A stretch of DNA of 64,000 nt from an uncultured Acidobacteriaceae bacterium (GTDB lineage Bacteria; Acidobacteriota; Terriglobia; Terriglobales; Acidobacteriaceae), in NCBI GenBank assembly GCA_963786075.1, contig CAWAYA010000006.1, forward strand, positions 36,075 through 100,074, in the 5' to 3' direction. Shown in pieces: positions 41,769-51,647 of this stretch. The stretch's first letter is position 1; each line of letters begins with the position of its first letter. Position numbers and translations under genes: made by a program. Under the pieces are notes generated by a model. The model was not told the DNA's origin and did no database searches. It saw only the letters and a program-made list of their open reading frames with translations.

Positions 41769-42446
41769 TTACCCGCGGGGCGAGACGAACTGGGTCTTTT
41801 TTGTGGTCTTCAATTGAAACACGTCGCTGCCGATCTTGGCCTTCAGGTTCACCGCAGAATACTTCGCCAGGTGATAGTCGCCCTGGCCCTGGAAGAACTG
41901 CTGCTGCACCGAGATGCCTCGGCTCAAGTCGATCCAGAGCAGAATCTTTGAGATGTTATTGCGGAACTTCTCGCTCTTGGGAATTAGTTGTAGCTCTCCG
42001 GTGGCGACGCCGTCGACGGTCTTCTCACCCAGATAACTTACGTCAAACGACTTTATCAAATCCTCGCCGCTTCCCCCGAAGCCGAGCACCAGGTAGCTCT
42101 CAACGCTGGGTCCTGCGGGATACTCCATGACCTGGTCAATCTTCGGCTGGTAAACCTGCAGCTTGCCGCCCTTGTAAAGCACGAATTTCTGGTCAGGCTG
42201 CTTGATGTCGGCCATCATTTCTATGTCTTTGTCTTTGCCCGCCCTGCGGTAGTAAACCGTGCCCGTCTGCGTGTCGGTTTCGTCCACCACGCGCTGATAC
42301 TGTTCCCACACAAAATCGGCTTGCGTGGCTTGAAAGCTGGCGGCCGCGGCGTCCATCTTTTTGAGCACGCTATCGAGAGACGGCGCTTCCTGCTGCTGCA
42401 AAACAATGCTCAGGGAAAGGAACAAAATGTGGAGGCAGATCATCAT
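41769..42446 (-). CDS. LolA-like outer-membrane lipoprotein carrier/sorting protein
   Basis: Signal peptide. LDSVLKKMDAAAASFQATQADFVWEQY...GTVYYRR..KFVLYKGGKLQVYQPK resembles the LolA-fold family. Confidence 0.5.
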   Translation of the reverse strand: MMICLHILFLSLSIVLQQQEAPSLDSVLKKMDAAAASFQATQADFVWEQYQRVVDETDTQTGTVYYRRAGKDKDIEMMADIKQPDQKFVLYKGGKLQVYQPKIDQVMEYPAGPSVESYLVLGFGGSGEDLIKSFDVSYLGEKTVDGVATGELQLIPKSEKFRNNISKILLWIDLSRGISVQQQFFQGQGDYHLAKYSAVNLKAKIGSDVFQLKTTKKTQFVSPRG

Positions 42447-42498
42447 GGCCGGTTCCCGTGATGTTTGTCGCAGACGATCGTTCTCGCCGAATTCTGTC

Positions 42499-42876
42499 TC
42501 ACGGTTTTCGCTTCACCAAAACACGGTAGGCCTGCACGTGCCCCTTGCCATCGGGAACGCCATCATATTTTACGATCGTGACCTCGCCGGAAATCGGTTC
42601 GATAATATGCAGCAACTGATCCCGCACCGATTGATCGTCCCCTGGAGTAATTGCTTCGGCGGAAATCTGATAGAGTAGACCTCCTTGCGCGTCGGCCGTG
42701 ACCACCACATCGCTGGCATGCGGGCTGCGGAGCGCGGGTTTATCGTTGAAGTCGATGACCCGGGGCGAGAAGAAAACAAAAATGAGAATGAGCGTGACCA
42801 TGATGTCGTAGTGCAGCGTGCCTCGCTCATGCTGCCAGAAGATGTAGCTGCGGATTGTGGGCCAGACGCCCTTCAT
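42499..42876 (-). CDS. hypothetical membrane-anchored protein
   Basis: ATG 42876 gives MKGVWPTIRSYIFWQHERGTLHYDIMVTLILIFVFFSP.. (one TM). The longer track ORF (to 43095) runs through the palindromic repeat and is rejected. Confidence 0.5.
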   Translation of the reverse strand: MKGVWPTIRSYIFWQHERGTLHYDIMVTLILIFVFFSPRVIDFNDKPALRSPHASDVVVTADAQGGLLYQISAEAITPGDDQSVRDQLLHIIEPISGEVTIVKYDGVPDGKGHVQAYRVLVKRKP

Positions 42877-42920
42877 CGGTAGGGAAGGCGCGCCCGCGGC
42901 GGTTGTGGTGATGTCCACAC

Positions 42921-43060
42921 TTTGCAAGTTTAGTCTCCGGGTTTCAAGGTCGCAAGGTTTCAAGGTCGCAGGTTTCAAGGTTTCAAAGTTGCAAAGGCCA
43001 GTGCGACGTGGGATCCTGCAACCTTGAAACCATGAAACGTTGAAACCTTGAAACTTTGCG
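42921..43060. repeat. ~140-nt composite inverted repeat built from GGTTTCAA / TTGAAACC words, directly 3' of serS
   Basis: GGTTTCAA at 42939, 42956, 42971 and 42979. Complementary TTGAAAC at 43024, 43040 and 43048 (ATGAAAC at 43032). The right arm ends at the base before the serS stop (TCA 43061-43063). Confidence 0.85.
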
Positions 43061-44353
43061 TCAAAATCTTTTCCTCGTGATCCTCTCCGCCCCAATATAA
43101 GGCCGCAACACTTCCGGAATCACCACGCTCCCGTCAGCCTGCTGATAATTCTCGACAATCGCTACCCAGGTGCGGCCCACGGCCAGGCCGCTCCCGTTCA
43201 ACGTGTGCACAAACTCGGTCTTGTTCTTGCCTTCCGGACGATAACGGATATTCGCCCGCCGCGCCTGGTACGCTTCGAAATTTGAGCACGACGAAATTTC
43301 GCGAAACAATTGCTGCCCTGGCAGCCACACTTCAATGTCATAAGTCTTCGCCGAAGATGCGCTCAAGTCTCCCGTGCACAAAGTCATCACTCGGTAGTGC
43401 AGACCAAGCTTTTGCAGAACGGTCTCGGCATCCCGTGTAAGCTTCTCGTGCTCTTCGTGCGAATTCTCTGGACGAGAGAATTTCACCAGTTCCACTTTCT
43501 GAAACTGATGCTGCCGAATGATTCCGCGCACGTCTTTGCCATACGATCCGGCCTCGCTGCGGAAGCACGGCGTGTAGGCGGTGAGGGAAATCGGCAATCG
43601 TGCAGCGTCGAGAACTTCGTCACGATAAAGATTCGTAACCGGAACCTCGGCCGTTGGAATCAGCCAGAGATCCTTTTCGCCGTGCGGCACGCGAAAAAGA
43701 TCCGCGGCAAATTTGGGCAACTGTCCCGTGCCATACATCGACTCGGAATTAACCAGGAAAGGCGGCAGAACCTCCGTATATCCGTGCTCACGAGTTTGCA
43801 GATCGAGCATGAAATTCGCCAGCGCGCGCTCGAGCTTCGCACCCAGATCCCAATAAACCGCGAATCGCGCGCCCGTGACCTTCACCGCACGTTCCAAATC
43901 AAGCACGCCAAGTTGCGCTCCTAGATCCCAATGCGGCTTGGGAGCAAAGTCGAATGTGGGCGGCGTTCCCCAGCGGCGAACCTCCACATTCTCCTCGGCG
44001 CTGTGCCCAACCGGGACGCTCGCATCCGGCATGTTGGGAATTCCGGCAAGGATGTCCCGCAAGCGGCCATCGAGATCGGAGGCAGTCTTCTCCCGCGCCT
44101 GAATCTGCTCGCGCAGGTCTTTCGTCTCGGCAATCGCGGCAGTCGCATCCTGGCCGCTCTTCTTCAGTTTGTTGATGTCCTCAGAGGCCTTATTCCGCCG
44201 CGCCTTCATGGTCTCAGCTTCGGTGATGGCTTTCCGGCGCTCCGTGTCGAGGTCGCGGAAATCCCGGAGCACGACAGCCGGATCGGCGCCGCGCTGCCGC
44301 AGCATCTCCTCCACCCGGGACAGATTCTCGCGAACAAAGTTCAGATCAAGCAT
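43061..44353 (-). CDS. serS: seryl-tRNA synthetase
   Basis: [11 protein letters not shown].. N-terminal coiled-coil arm. Class II motifs (..FRSEAGS.GKD.RG..R.HQF.KVE.., ..[13 protein letters not shown]). Confidence 0.95.
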   Translation of the reverse strand: MLDLNFVRENLSRVEEMLRQRGADPAVVLRDFRDLDTERRKAITEAETMKARRNKASEDINKLKKSGQDATAAIAETKDLREQIQAREKTASDLDGRLRDILAGIPNMPDASVPVGHSAEENVEVRRWGTPPTFDFAPKPHWDLGAQLGVLDLERAVKVTGARFAVYWDLGAKLERALANFMLDLQTREHGYTEVLPPFLVNSESMYGTGQLPKFAADLFRVPHGEKDLWLIPTAEVPVTNLYRDEVLDAARLPISLTAYTPCFRSEAGSYGKDVRGIIRQHQFQKVELVKFSRPENSHEEHEKLTRDAETVLQKLGLHYRVMTLCTGDLSASSAKTYDIEVWLPGQQLFREISSCSNFEAYQARRANIRYRPEGKNKTEFVHTLNGSGLAVGRTWVAIVENYQQADGSVVIPEVLRPYIGAERITRKRF

Positions 44354-44469
44354 GGGAACAACTACTTTACCGGAAGCCGGGCGGGGAATGCACGCGACGG
44401 GGGGCTGAACAGCTTTCGCATCCCCCTCCGCCTGTGTAAACTACCTTCGCGATAAGCCTCGGTTAGGAC

Positions 44470-44961
44470 ATGGAAGAACCTAAAACGCCGTTGGTGCGGC
44501 AGTTCCCCTACAACGTGGTACTGAGGATCGCTGCCACGGCAGCTGGAATCCAGATTATCCACCTGCGAGGTGTGATGGACCCAAGCCGAGGGTGGATTTT
44601 TATGACCCTGCTGTTTTACTGCGGCGCATACCTGTTGATCGCACTGTCGCCTGCAAGCTGGGCTGGGTTTCAAGTCGGTTTTGCCATCGGTTACTCGATT
44701 GCTATGCAAGCGGCAACGATCGTGATTCTTCTCATGCAGCTGCCATTCGCTAGTGCATCCCCGGCGGACCTCGACCACTTGCGTATTCTTCGTTATGCCA
44801 ATCTAGTCCTTCTCGTCGTCGCGGTGGTTACGTGGATTTGGAACCGGCGGAAGATCGACAACCTACTCGCTTTCGCGTTATTGCCCATCGGCATTGTCTA
44901 CCCTTTTGCTGCCTTCTTTGTTCAGGGAGGCATTAGCCTCCTGATATACCGCCGCCCGTAA
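44470..44961 (+). CDS. hypothetical membrane protein
   Basis: 163-codon ORF with 4-5 hydrophobic segments. No family recognised. Confidence 0.5.
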   Translation: MEEPKTPLVRQFPYNVVLRIAATAAGIQIIHLRGVMDPSRGWIFMTLLFYCGAYLLIALSPASWAGFQVGFAIGYSIAMQAATIVILLMQLPFASASPADLDHLRILRYANLVLLVVAVVTWIWNRRKIDNLLAFALLPIGIVYPFAAFFVQGGISLLIYRRP

Positions 44962-45038
44962 GCGTGAGAGCAGTGACAATACCCGAGACTTGAAGGCTTT
45001 CGCGCAAGCTGCCCACCTGTGTACACTACCCTTCGACG

Positions 45039-46721
45039 ATGAGACTCTTCCCCCGCTCCGTTACTGCGTACCGTTGTTTTCTGCTGGCCGTCGTGGCCGC
45101 TCTCATCTTCGCTTCTAACCCAGGCTCCATTCCTGCCTCCTTCGCCTCGGCCTACAACGCCCATCCCAAATTAGTTGTCGTGATCATCATCGACCAGTTC
45201 CGCGGCGACTATCTGGAGCGCTACCGCAGCCAGTTTGGCGAAGCAGGATTTCGCCTGCTGCTCGACCACGGCGCCAACTTCACCGACTGCAACTACGACT
45301 ATGCCAACACCCGCACTGCTCCGGGCCACGCCACGCTGTTCACCGGCGCCTACAGCAATGGCCACGGCATAGTGGCGAACGAGTGGTGGGACCCGAAAAA
45401 AAAGAAAATGGTCACGTCGGTCGAAGACGGCGATACCAAACTCGTCGGCATCGCCGCAGATCAAAATAAAGACAAGCCCGGCGCGTCGCCGCACAACCTG
45501 CTGGCTGACACGCTGGGCGACGAACTTAAGTTAGCGACCGAGGGCAAAGCACGAGTCTTCAGCGTTTCTTTGAAAGACCGCGCAGCCGTCCTGCCCGGCG
45601 GCTTCGCGGCCGATGCTGCCTACTGGATCGATCCCAAAAGTGGCGTCTGGATTACCTCCACTTACTATCGCAACGACTTGCCAAAGTGGGCACAGGATTT
45701 CAACGCCGCCAATCGTGCCGCGAAGTATTGGGATCGCGATTGGAAGAACGCGAACGGAGACGTACTCCGCTCAACTGCGCATCGCAAGGGTAAAGACGGC
45801 TCCGAGGCCGGTTTCTACGAGGTCGTCGGCTCCACGCCCTTCGCGAACGAGTACGAACTGGAATTTGCCAAAGAGTTGGTCGTCTACGAACACCTCGGCG
45901 CTGGCCAAGCCACTGACCTGCTAGCCATCAGTCTCTCTGCAAATGACATTCTCGGTCACCAGGTCGGCCCCGACTCTCCGGAAATGGCCGCCATGGCTCT
46001 CGCACTTGATCGTGAACTCGCCGACTTCTTTAACTTCCTGGGCCATCAAGTCGGCCTAGCGGATTTATGGATCGCACTGTCAGCCGACCATGGTGTCTCC
46101 GCCTTGCCCGATGCCGCGAAAAAACTCCGCATTCCTGCCGCCAATCTCGACGCGAGCAAACTCGAAGCTCAGATCAATAGCGCGCTAACCGCAAGGTTCT
46201 CGCACGCCGCTTCCTACATCAAGTTCGATTACCCGGTAGCCTGGCTCGACCAGGACTCCTTCGCCATGGCTCGCATAAAAGAACACGATGCCGAGACGGT
46301 GGTCGGCGAAGCCATGAAGCAGGCTGGCCTCCGCGATTACTTCACCAAGTCACAATTGGCTGTGGGCGAGGTCCCCGATACCGCGCTCGGCAGAAAGTTT
46401 CTCCACAGCTACTCGCCCGAAGGCGGCTGGTACGTGATGGGAGTTCCAGAAATCTACACAGTCGGCCCAGCGAAGGGCACGGACCACGCATCACCGTACA
46501 CCTACGACACGCATGTGCCGCTGGCTTTCTATGGACTGCCCTTCCGCCCCGGAACCTATCGCACTCACTCCGAGCCAGTCGATCTAGCCGTTACTTTTGC
46601 GTCGCTGCTCGGCATCAACGCTCCCACCCACGCCGTAGGCCGCGTGCTCACGGAAGCGCTCGCGGCACCACATCAGTCAGAAAATTCCGCAGGATCTCCT
46701 GGCGAAAGGCCGCCGCAATGA
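45039..46721 (+). CDS. alkaline phosphatase-superfamily protein (nucleotide pyrophosphatase/phosphodiesterase type)
   Basis: Signal peptide. VVVIIIDQFRGDY, NTRTAPGHATLFTGAYSNGHGIVANEWWD (nucleophile Thr context), LSADHG metal-site block. Confidence 0.8.
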   Translation: MRLFPRSVTAYRCFLLAVVAALIFASNPGSIPASFASAYNAHPKLVVVIIIDQFRGDYLERYRSQFGEAGFRLLLDHGANFTDCNYDYANTRTAPGHATLFTGAYSNGHGIVANEWWDPKKKKMVTSVEDGDTKLVGIAADQNKDKPGASPHNLLADTLGDELKLATEGKARVFSVSLKDRAAVLPGGFAADAAYWIDPKSGVWITSTYYRNDLPKWAQDFNAANRAAKYWDRDWKNANGDVLRSTAHRKGKDGSEAGFYEVVGSTPFANEYELEFAKELVVYEHLGAGQATDLLAISLSANDILGHQVGPDSPEMAAMALALDRELADFFNFLGHQVGLADLWIALSADHGVSALPDAAKKLRIPAANLDASKLEAQINSALTARFSHAASYIKFDYPVAWLDQDSFAMARIKEHDAETVVGEAMKQAGLRDYFTKSQLAVGEVPDTALGRKFLHSYSPEGGWYVMGVPEIYTVGPAKGTDHASPYTYDTHVPLAFYGLPFRPGTYRTHSEPVDLAVTFASLLGINAPTHAVGRVLTEALAAPHQSENSAGSPGERPPQ

Positions 46722-47668
46722 TGCCCTCCCCCGAAAACGGCGGCAAGTCTCCCCTCGATCTCAGCGTCACTTTCGCCGGCATCCAGTTAAAGAACCCCAT
46801 CATCGCCGCCAGCGGCACTTTCGGTTATGGCGTCGAGTTCGAGGATGTGGTCCACCTCGACAAACTGGGTGGATTCGTGGTCAAAGGCCTTTCCCGCGAA
46901 CCGATGATCGGCAACCCCCCGCCGCGCCTATGGGAAACGGCGGCGGGCATGCTTAACGCCATCGGCCTGCAGAACATCGGGGCGGCTGCATTTCTCGAAG
47001 AGAAGCTGCCCAAGCTTCGCCAGCTCAAGAACATCGTTGTGTTCGCCAATGTCTTCGGCTACACCCGCGAGGACTACGAACGAACCATCGAAATTCTCAA
47101 CGACGGCGAAGGCATCGCCGCGTACGAACTCAACGTTTCCTGCCCCAACACCACTTCCGGCGGCCTCCAGTTCGGCAGCGATCCGCGCTCGCTCGATGAA
47201 GTGGTGACTACCGCGAAACGCGCGGCTCGCCGCCCGCTGATCGTGAAACTTTCTCCCAACGTGACCAGCATCGCGCAGATGGCGCACATCGCGCAGGAAG
47301 CCGGTGCGGATGCCATCTCGCTGATCAACACTTTCGTCGCGATGGCCATCGATGCCGACACGCGCAAGCCCCGCATCGCCAACGTCACCGCCGGACTCTC
47401 CGGCCCGGCCATCAAGCCCATCGCCCTACGCATGGTCTACGACGCCGCCCACGCCGTGAACATTCCCGTGATCGGCATGGGAGGCATCTCAACCGCAGCT
47501 GATGTCGTGGAATTCATGCTGGCGGGCGCAACCGGCGTCCAAATCGGCACCGCCAGCTATTGGGATCCGTGCGCCACCGAGAAAATTGTGGACGAACTGC
47601 AACGCTGGTGCCAGGATCGCCACGTAACCCGCCTCGCAGATCTAACCGGCGGCATGATCCTGGAATAG
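46718..47668 (+). CDS. pyrD: dihydroorotate dehydrogenase, class 1 catalytic subunit
   Basis: ATGA overlap with the upstream stop. ASGTFGYG, NVSCPN (active-site Cys), LINT, GLSGPAIKP, IGMGGI motifs. Confidence 0.9.
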   Translation: MMPSPENGGKSPLDLSVTFAGIQLKNPIIAASGTFGYGVEFEDVVHLDKLGGFVVKGLSREPMIGNPPPRLWETAAGMLNAIGLQNIGAAAFLEEKLPKLRQLKNIVVFANVFGYTREDYERTIEILNDGEGIAAYELNVSCPNTTSGGLQFGSDPRSLDEVVTTAKRAARRPLIVKLSPNVTSIAQMAHIAQEAGADAISLINTFVAMAIDADTRKPRIANVTAGLSGPAIKPIALRMVYDAAHAVNIPVIGMGGISTAADVVEFMLAGATGVQIGTASYWDPCATEKIVDELQRWCQDRHVTRLADLTGGMILE

Positions 47669-47706
47669 TTCAGTCCCTAAGTTGTGGTATGAGGGCCCGT
47701 TTTTGC

Positions 47707-47741
47707 CGAGAACTGAGAACTGGGAAGTGAGAACTGGAGTT
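47707..47741 (+). repeat. heptamer array, TGAGAAC-type x5 (same unit as 30311-30340)
   Basis: CGAGAAC / TGAGAAC / TGGGAAG / TGAGAAC / TGGAGTT, ending 2 nt before the stop (CTA 47744-47746) of the convergent gene. The 15-mer GAGAACTGAGAACTG is identical to the atpD-atpC array. Confidence 0.85.
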
Positions 47742-47743
47742 GG

Positions 47744-49045
47744 CTACCGTCCGCGCGTGTACCAGATCGACCCGGGAGACTTGAAATTCCGTCCTTCGCC
47801 CCATACCACGTGCGTGTTTCCAAGATTATCGATGGCAATCGAGAAGTAATCGCCGAAGGGAAAGCGGAAACCATCTGCACGAACATAGTCGTAACCTCGC
47901 GCCGGACCAGAGAGCTGCGTCTCCGCCGTCCAGGTCGCCCCGCCGTTGCTCGAGTTGCGATGGAAAACATTCCACAAAGAAGCGTTGCGCGTGTCCATCC
48001 ACGCAATGCGCACGTCGCCGGCCGCCCCGGCAGTAATCGCTGGAAAACAGTGTTCAACCTGATCATCTGCCGACGAGACGTCCGCTTTCGCTGACCAGCT
48101 TGCCCCGCCTGTGGTGGAAGACGAAAAATATATGCGTTCAGGTCCGCCATGCGTAGCGCCTGCGTTCCAGAGCGCATAGATGGTTCCCGCAGCATCTGAC
48201 GCCAGGGCAATCTGCGCCCCCAGATATTCAGCCTCGCATCCCTGGGCCGCACACTCCGGCGGCGCGCCTGACACGTCGAGCAGAACTGTGTTCCAGCTCC
48301 GTCCCGAATCCGATGACCGGCTCACATAAACGCTCACCGGACGCTTGCTCAGTTCCTGCTGCGCATAGGCTGTCCACGAAAAATAGACATCGCCATTTGG
48401 ACCAACTGTAGCTCCACCCGCCAGCGACCAGCCCGGTTCCGCATTTGCGTTCACCGACACAGAAGAAAAAGTCTGGGCGTAATCATGCGAAGCAGCCACC
48501 ACGACCGTCTGCTCATGATTGAATCCCACGTATACATCCGCCCCGTGCACCGCGAGCACGGGTTTGTCGGCATCGTCGTTGTCGCCCGAGCGCTCTGCTA
48601 CCGCCAAATACCAGGTACGCCCGAAGTCCTGCGACCGCGCCACCATCACGTCGCGCTTGTTGTTCTGCAGCCAGGAGGCGTAAACCGTCTGCCGGTCCAC
48701 GGGATCAACCACAATCTGCGGATCAAACTGCCCGGTCGAAGAAGCCACCAGCGGATGCGGCGCTTGCCACGATACTCCATTGTCATTGCTGACCATCAGC
48801 GCGATTGTGGGCGCGGTGCAGGCCGGGCAATCGCTAACCGCGCCATACTGCGGAAAGAGAATGTAGATGTGTCCATGCCCATCCGTCGCCAGAGCGGGCT
48901 CCCATTGATCCCCAGTGTTATAGCCGACACGGCGTGCGGGAGTGAAGCCCGAAAGGGCTAACGCCGCAGGCGCCATTGCCAGCGCCAATAACAGAAAAGC
49001 GGCAAATTTCTGCACTCCCCGGGCGTGGCTGGACCTGAAAACCAA
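47744..49045 (-). CDS. secreted BNR/Asp-box repeat (sialidase-like beta-propeller) protein
   Basis: Signal peptide. Five Asp-box-like motifs: SNDNGVSW, SQDFGRTW, SSDSGRSW, SSTTGGASW, SSNGGATW. Confidence 0.75.
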   Translation of the reverse strand: MVFRSSHARGVQKFAAFLLLALAMAPAALALSGFTPARRVGYNTGDQWEPALATDGHGHIYILFPQYGAVSDCPACTAPTIALMVSNDNGVSWQAPHPLVASSTGQFDPQIVVDPVDRQTVYASWLQNNKRDVMVARSQDFGRTWYLAVAERSGDNDDADKPVLAVHGADVYVGFNHEQTVVVAASHDYAQTFSSVSVNANAEPGWSLAGGATVGPNGDVYFSWTAYAQQELSKRPVSVYVSRSSDSGRSWNTVLLDVSGAPPECAAQGCEAEYLGAQIALASDAAGTIYALWNAGATHGGPERIYFSSSTTGGASWSAKADVSSADDQVEHCFPAITAGAAGDVRIAWMDTRNASLWNVFHRNSSNGGATWTAETQLSGPARGYDYVRADGFRFPFGDYFSIAIDNLGNTHVVWGEGRNFKSPGSIWYTRGR

Positions 49046-49339
49046 AGGAACTTCTCCTGGGACATCGACTGCGACAGCCTTGCCGCACTTTATAATGAAT
49101 TTCTAATGAGCGTCAATTACCCGTTAAGGCAATGGGCACTTTGGTAACGTCTCGCCTGTCGGAACCGCTAATGCTAATGTGGGGATAGCCGCCCCCTCGA
49201 CGTCGGTCAGGGCAGGCTCTCGGCAGCTATGAAGGGGCCGTTGAGCGAAGCTCGACAGCCTCGTGGTGGGCTGGCAAGCAAGGCGTGACTTTCTGCCCGA
49301 TTCGTCATCTAATAGGGGCCACAAGGAGCAATCTTAGAA

Positions 49340-49816
49340 ATGGAAAAAGCCACATTCGCGGCAGGATGTTTCTGGGGAGTGGAAGCCACCTTCCGGCAGA
49401 TGCCGGGAGTGCTGTCAACCCGCGTAGGCTACACCGGCGGAAACACCGACAGCCCCACTTATAAAGAAGTCTGCACCGATCGCACCGGCCACGCCGAAGC
49501 GGTGGAAGTGGAATTCGATCCCGCCCAGGTGCGCTACACCGACCTGCTGAAAGTCTTCTGGGAGAACCACGACCCCACGCAGCTCAACCGCCAAGGCCCG
49601 GACTGGGGCACCCAATACCGCTCCGCCATCTTCTACCACACGCCGGCGCAGCAAGCCGCAGCGCAAGCCTCGAAGGAAGCGCTCGAAAAGGCGCACCGCT
49701 ACTCCAAGCCCATCGTCACCCAGATCGTCCCGGCAGTAACGTTCTATCCCGCCGAGGACTACCACCAGCAATATCTGGAAAAGCGCGGCTTAGCTAGTTG
49801 CCACATCAAGGCCTAG
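49340..49816 (+). CDS. msrA: peptide-methionine (S)-S-oxide reductase
   Basis: AAGGAG upstream. [12 protein letters not shown] active site. GYTGG....PTY..VC...TGHAE.V.V.FDP. Confidence 0.95.
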   Translation: MEKATFAAGCFWGVEATFRQMPGVLSTRVGYTGGNTDSPTYKEVCTDRTGHAEAVEVEFDPAQVRYTDLLKVFWENHDPTQLNRQGPDWGTQYRSAIFYHTPAQQAAAQASKEALEKAHRYSKPIVTQIVPAVTFYPAEDYHQQYLEKRGLASCHIKA

Positions 49817-49877
49817 AGGAGTGGGTTTTTTGCCGGCGCAGCGCTGCGATTACTCGGGGGTTCGTGAAGGAGAAGTC

Positions 49878-50621
49878 TCAGTTCGCCGTCAGCAGCATCG
49901 GCGCACCCTTCGTGATCACCAGCGTATGCTCGTAGTGCGCCGACGGCCGATGATCCGCAGTGACCACCGTCCACTTATCCTGCGCCACGAACGCCCTGCC
50001 CGATCCCGCGGCAATGATGGGTTCGATGGTAATGACCAACCCCTCGGTGAGAACCTGATTCGCTTCCGGATCGGCAAAGTTGGGCACTCTCGGTTCTTCG
50101 TGAATCGTCCGCCCAATGCCGTGCCCACTCAGATCGCGAAGTACGGAGAATCCACTACGCCTCACCTCGCGCTCGATCACTTGCCCAATCTCGAAAACCC
50201 GAAATCCCGCGCGCGCCACCAGCATAGCCTTGGCAAAGGCCCGCTCCGCGCAGGCCACCAGGCGCCGGCACTCCTCAGTGATCTCGCCAACAGGAACGGT
50301 CACCGCGGCGTCGGCCATGAATCCATCTTTTTCGATGGTGACATCCAGCTTGACGAGGTCACCGTCTCGCAGCTTGCGTCCGCCAGGAATCCCATGCACT
50401 GCCTCCTCATTCAGGCTGATGCAGTTCACCCCTGGGAATCCATACACCAGCGCCGGTGCCGATCGCGCTCCATGCTGCCGCATCATGGCCGCACCCACTT
50501 CATCCAATTCCGCCGTCGTGATCCCCGGCCGCACCGCGCTCTTCATCGCCTCCAGCACCAGGCAAACCACGGCCCCCGCCGCACGCATCCCGGTCAATTC
50601 TTCCGGCCCATTGATGGACAT
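49878..50621 (-). CDS. map: type I methionine aminopeptidase
   Basis: Full-length match to the Map pattern: metal ligands in ..LVKLDV.., ..FMADAA.., GHGIGR..HE, ..ITIEP.., ..SAHYEHT. Confidence 0.95.
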   Translation of the reverse strand: MSINGPEELTGMRAAGAVVCLVLEAMKSAVRPGITTAELDEVGAAMMRQHGARSAPALVYGFPGVNCISLNEEAVHGIPGGRKLRDGDLVKLDVTIEKDGFMADAAVTVPVGEITEECRRLVACAERAFAKAMLVARAGFRVFEIGQVIEREVRRSGFSVLRDLSGHGIGRTIHEEPRVPNFADPEANQVLTEGLVITIEPIIAAGSGRAFVAQDKWTVVTADHRPSAHYEHTLVITKGAPMLLTAN

Positions 50622-50674
50622 GACATTTCCCTCGCAGACAGGATACGTCCTCGACGGCGTTCATGGCGATTCCA

Positions 50675-51085
50675 TCAGGAACGGACCGGCTCTCGAGGCC
50701 CGAAGAAGCAAAGCAGCACAAATCCGCCAATGTAATACAGCAGGCTCTGCTGAAAATTGAATCCCAGCAAGCGCTGTGCCAGCCCAAACAAGGCCAGGGC
50801 CTCACACAATCCATAAGTCGCCAAGTAACCGCTCTTCCAGTGTCGCAGAGTAATGGGATCGTCTGGTTGAACTACCAGACCTTCAGCGGAACGCAACACT
50901 AGCGTGCGCCTCACCACAAAGATCACGCCTACCACAGCCACCGCGGCAGTTGAGAAAACATAGCTAAGAGAGGGATCCGCAGCTCTAGCGACTGAGCCCA
51001 CAGCTTCGCCCAGGAGGGCACAGAGTACGATGCTGGCCAGCAACATCCACTGCAAGACGCGCAGCGTCTTCAGCGCCGATTTCAT
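50675..51085 (-). CDS. hypothetical membrane protein
   Basis: 136-codon ORF with 4 hydrophobic segments, same strand as and upstream of map. Confidence 0.5.
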   Translation of the reverse strand: MKSALKTLRVLQWMLLASIVLCALLGEAVGSVARAADPSLSYVFSTAAVAVVGVIFVVRRTLVLRSAEGLVVQPDDPITLRHWKSGYLATYGLCEALALFGLAQRLLGFNFQQSLLYYIGGFVLLCFFGPREPVRS

Positions 51086-51187
51086 TGTGGATATTCTCCC
51101 GCAGTTCCGCGAGAGGGGGGAACGAATCTTTCGGTCGGCATCCGTCCAGCCAATACAACGCCGAACACTAGCGAGGATATCAGCCGG

Positions 51188-51640
51188 CTACGTCCCGGTA
51201 ATCTTCACCCTAAGTTCTTCCGGCAGGCGTTCGCGAATTTCCTGCGGCAGCCGGTCGTGCACCCGCCGCGCCCCTTGCTTGGCCGCATCCAGCACGGTCA
51301 CGGGCGCGGGAGTCGCTACCGCCACTACCAGCCAGATCAGCGCCGACAAGGCAAAACCAGCCAGCGCCGCAATCTCCAGCCAGAAAGCATGCCGCGGAAC
51401 GAAGTGGCGAATCACGCCAAAGGTCAACAGGAAAACTCCGCCCGAAACCGAGGCCAGCGCGATCAGCCCCACGTCAATCGTGCGGTGAATGCGCTGCCGC
51501 CCGCGGCAGTGTTCACATTCCGCAAAATGGCTCTCGTAGTCGCTCCCCATCTCCGGCGCCAGGCCGGAAATGTCATAGCGCCAGCCTGCCAGAATCTTCC
51601 CGACAATCGGATCAATGCACTGCTGACTCATAAGCAACAC
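51188..51640 (-). CDS. membrane protein with N-terminal HxxxCxxC zinc-finger-like motif (anti-sigma zf-HC2-like)
   Basis: HFAECEHCRGR followed by two TM helices. GTG 51640 or ATG 51631 start. Confidence 0.5.
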   Translation of the reverse strand: MLLMSQQCIDPIVGKILAGWRYDISGLAPEMGSDYESHFAECEHCRGRQRIHRTIDVGLIALASVSGGVFLLTFGVIRHFVPRHAFWLEIAALAGFALSALIWLVVAVATPAPVTVLDAAKQGARRVHDRLPQEIRERLPEELRVKITGT

Positions 51641-51647
51641 AAAAGCC

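Noticed and set aside
42877-43095. N-terminal 73 codons of track ORF 42499..43095
   Set aside because: They read straight through the GGTTTCAA/TTGAAACC palindrome, giving repetitive peptide, and overlap the serS stop. ATG 42876 gives a sensible membrane-anchored protein.
49821-50735. 304-aa ORF antisense to map
   Set aside because: Arg/His/Pro-rich translation opposite a full-length methionine aminopeptidase.
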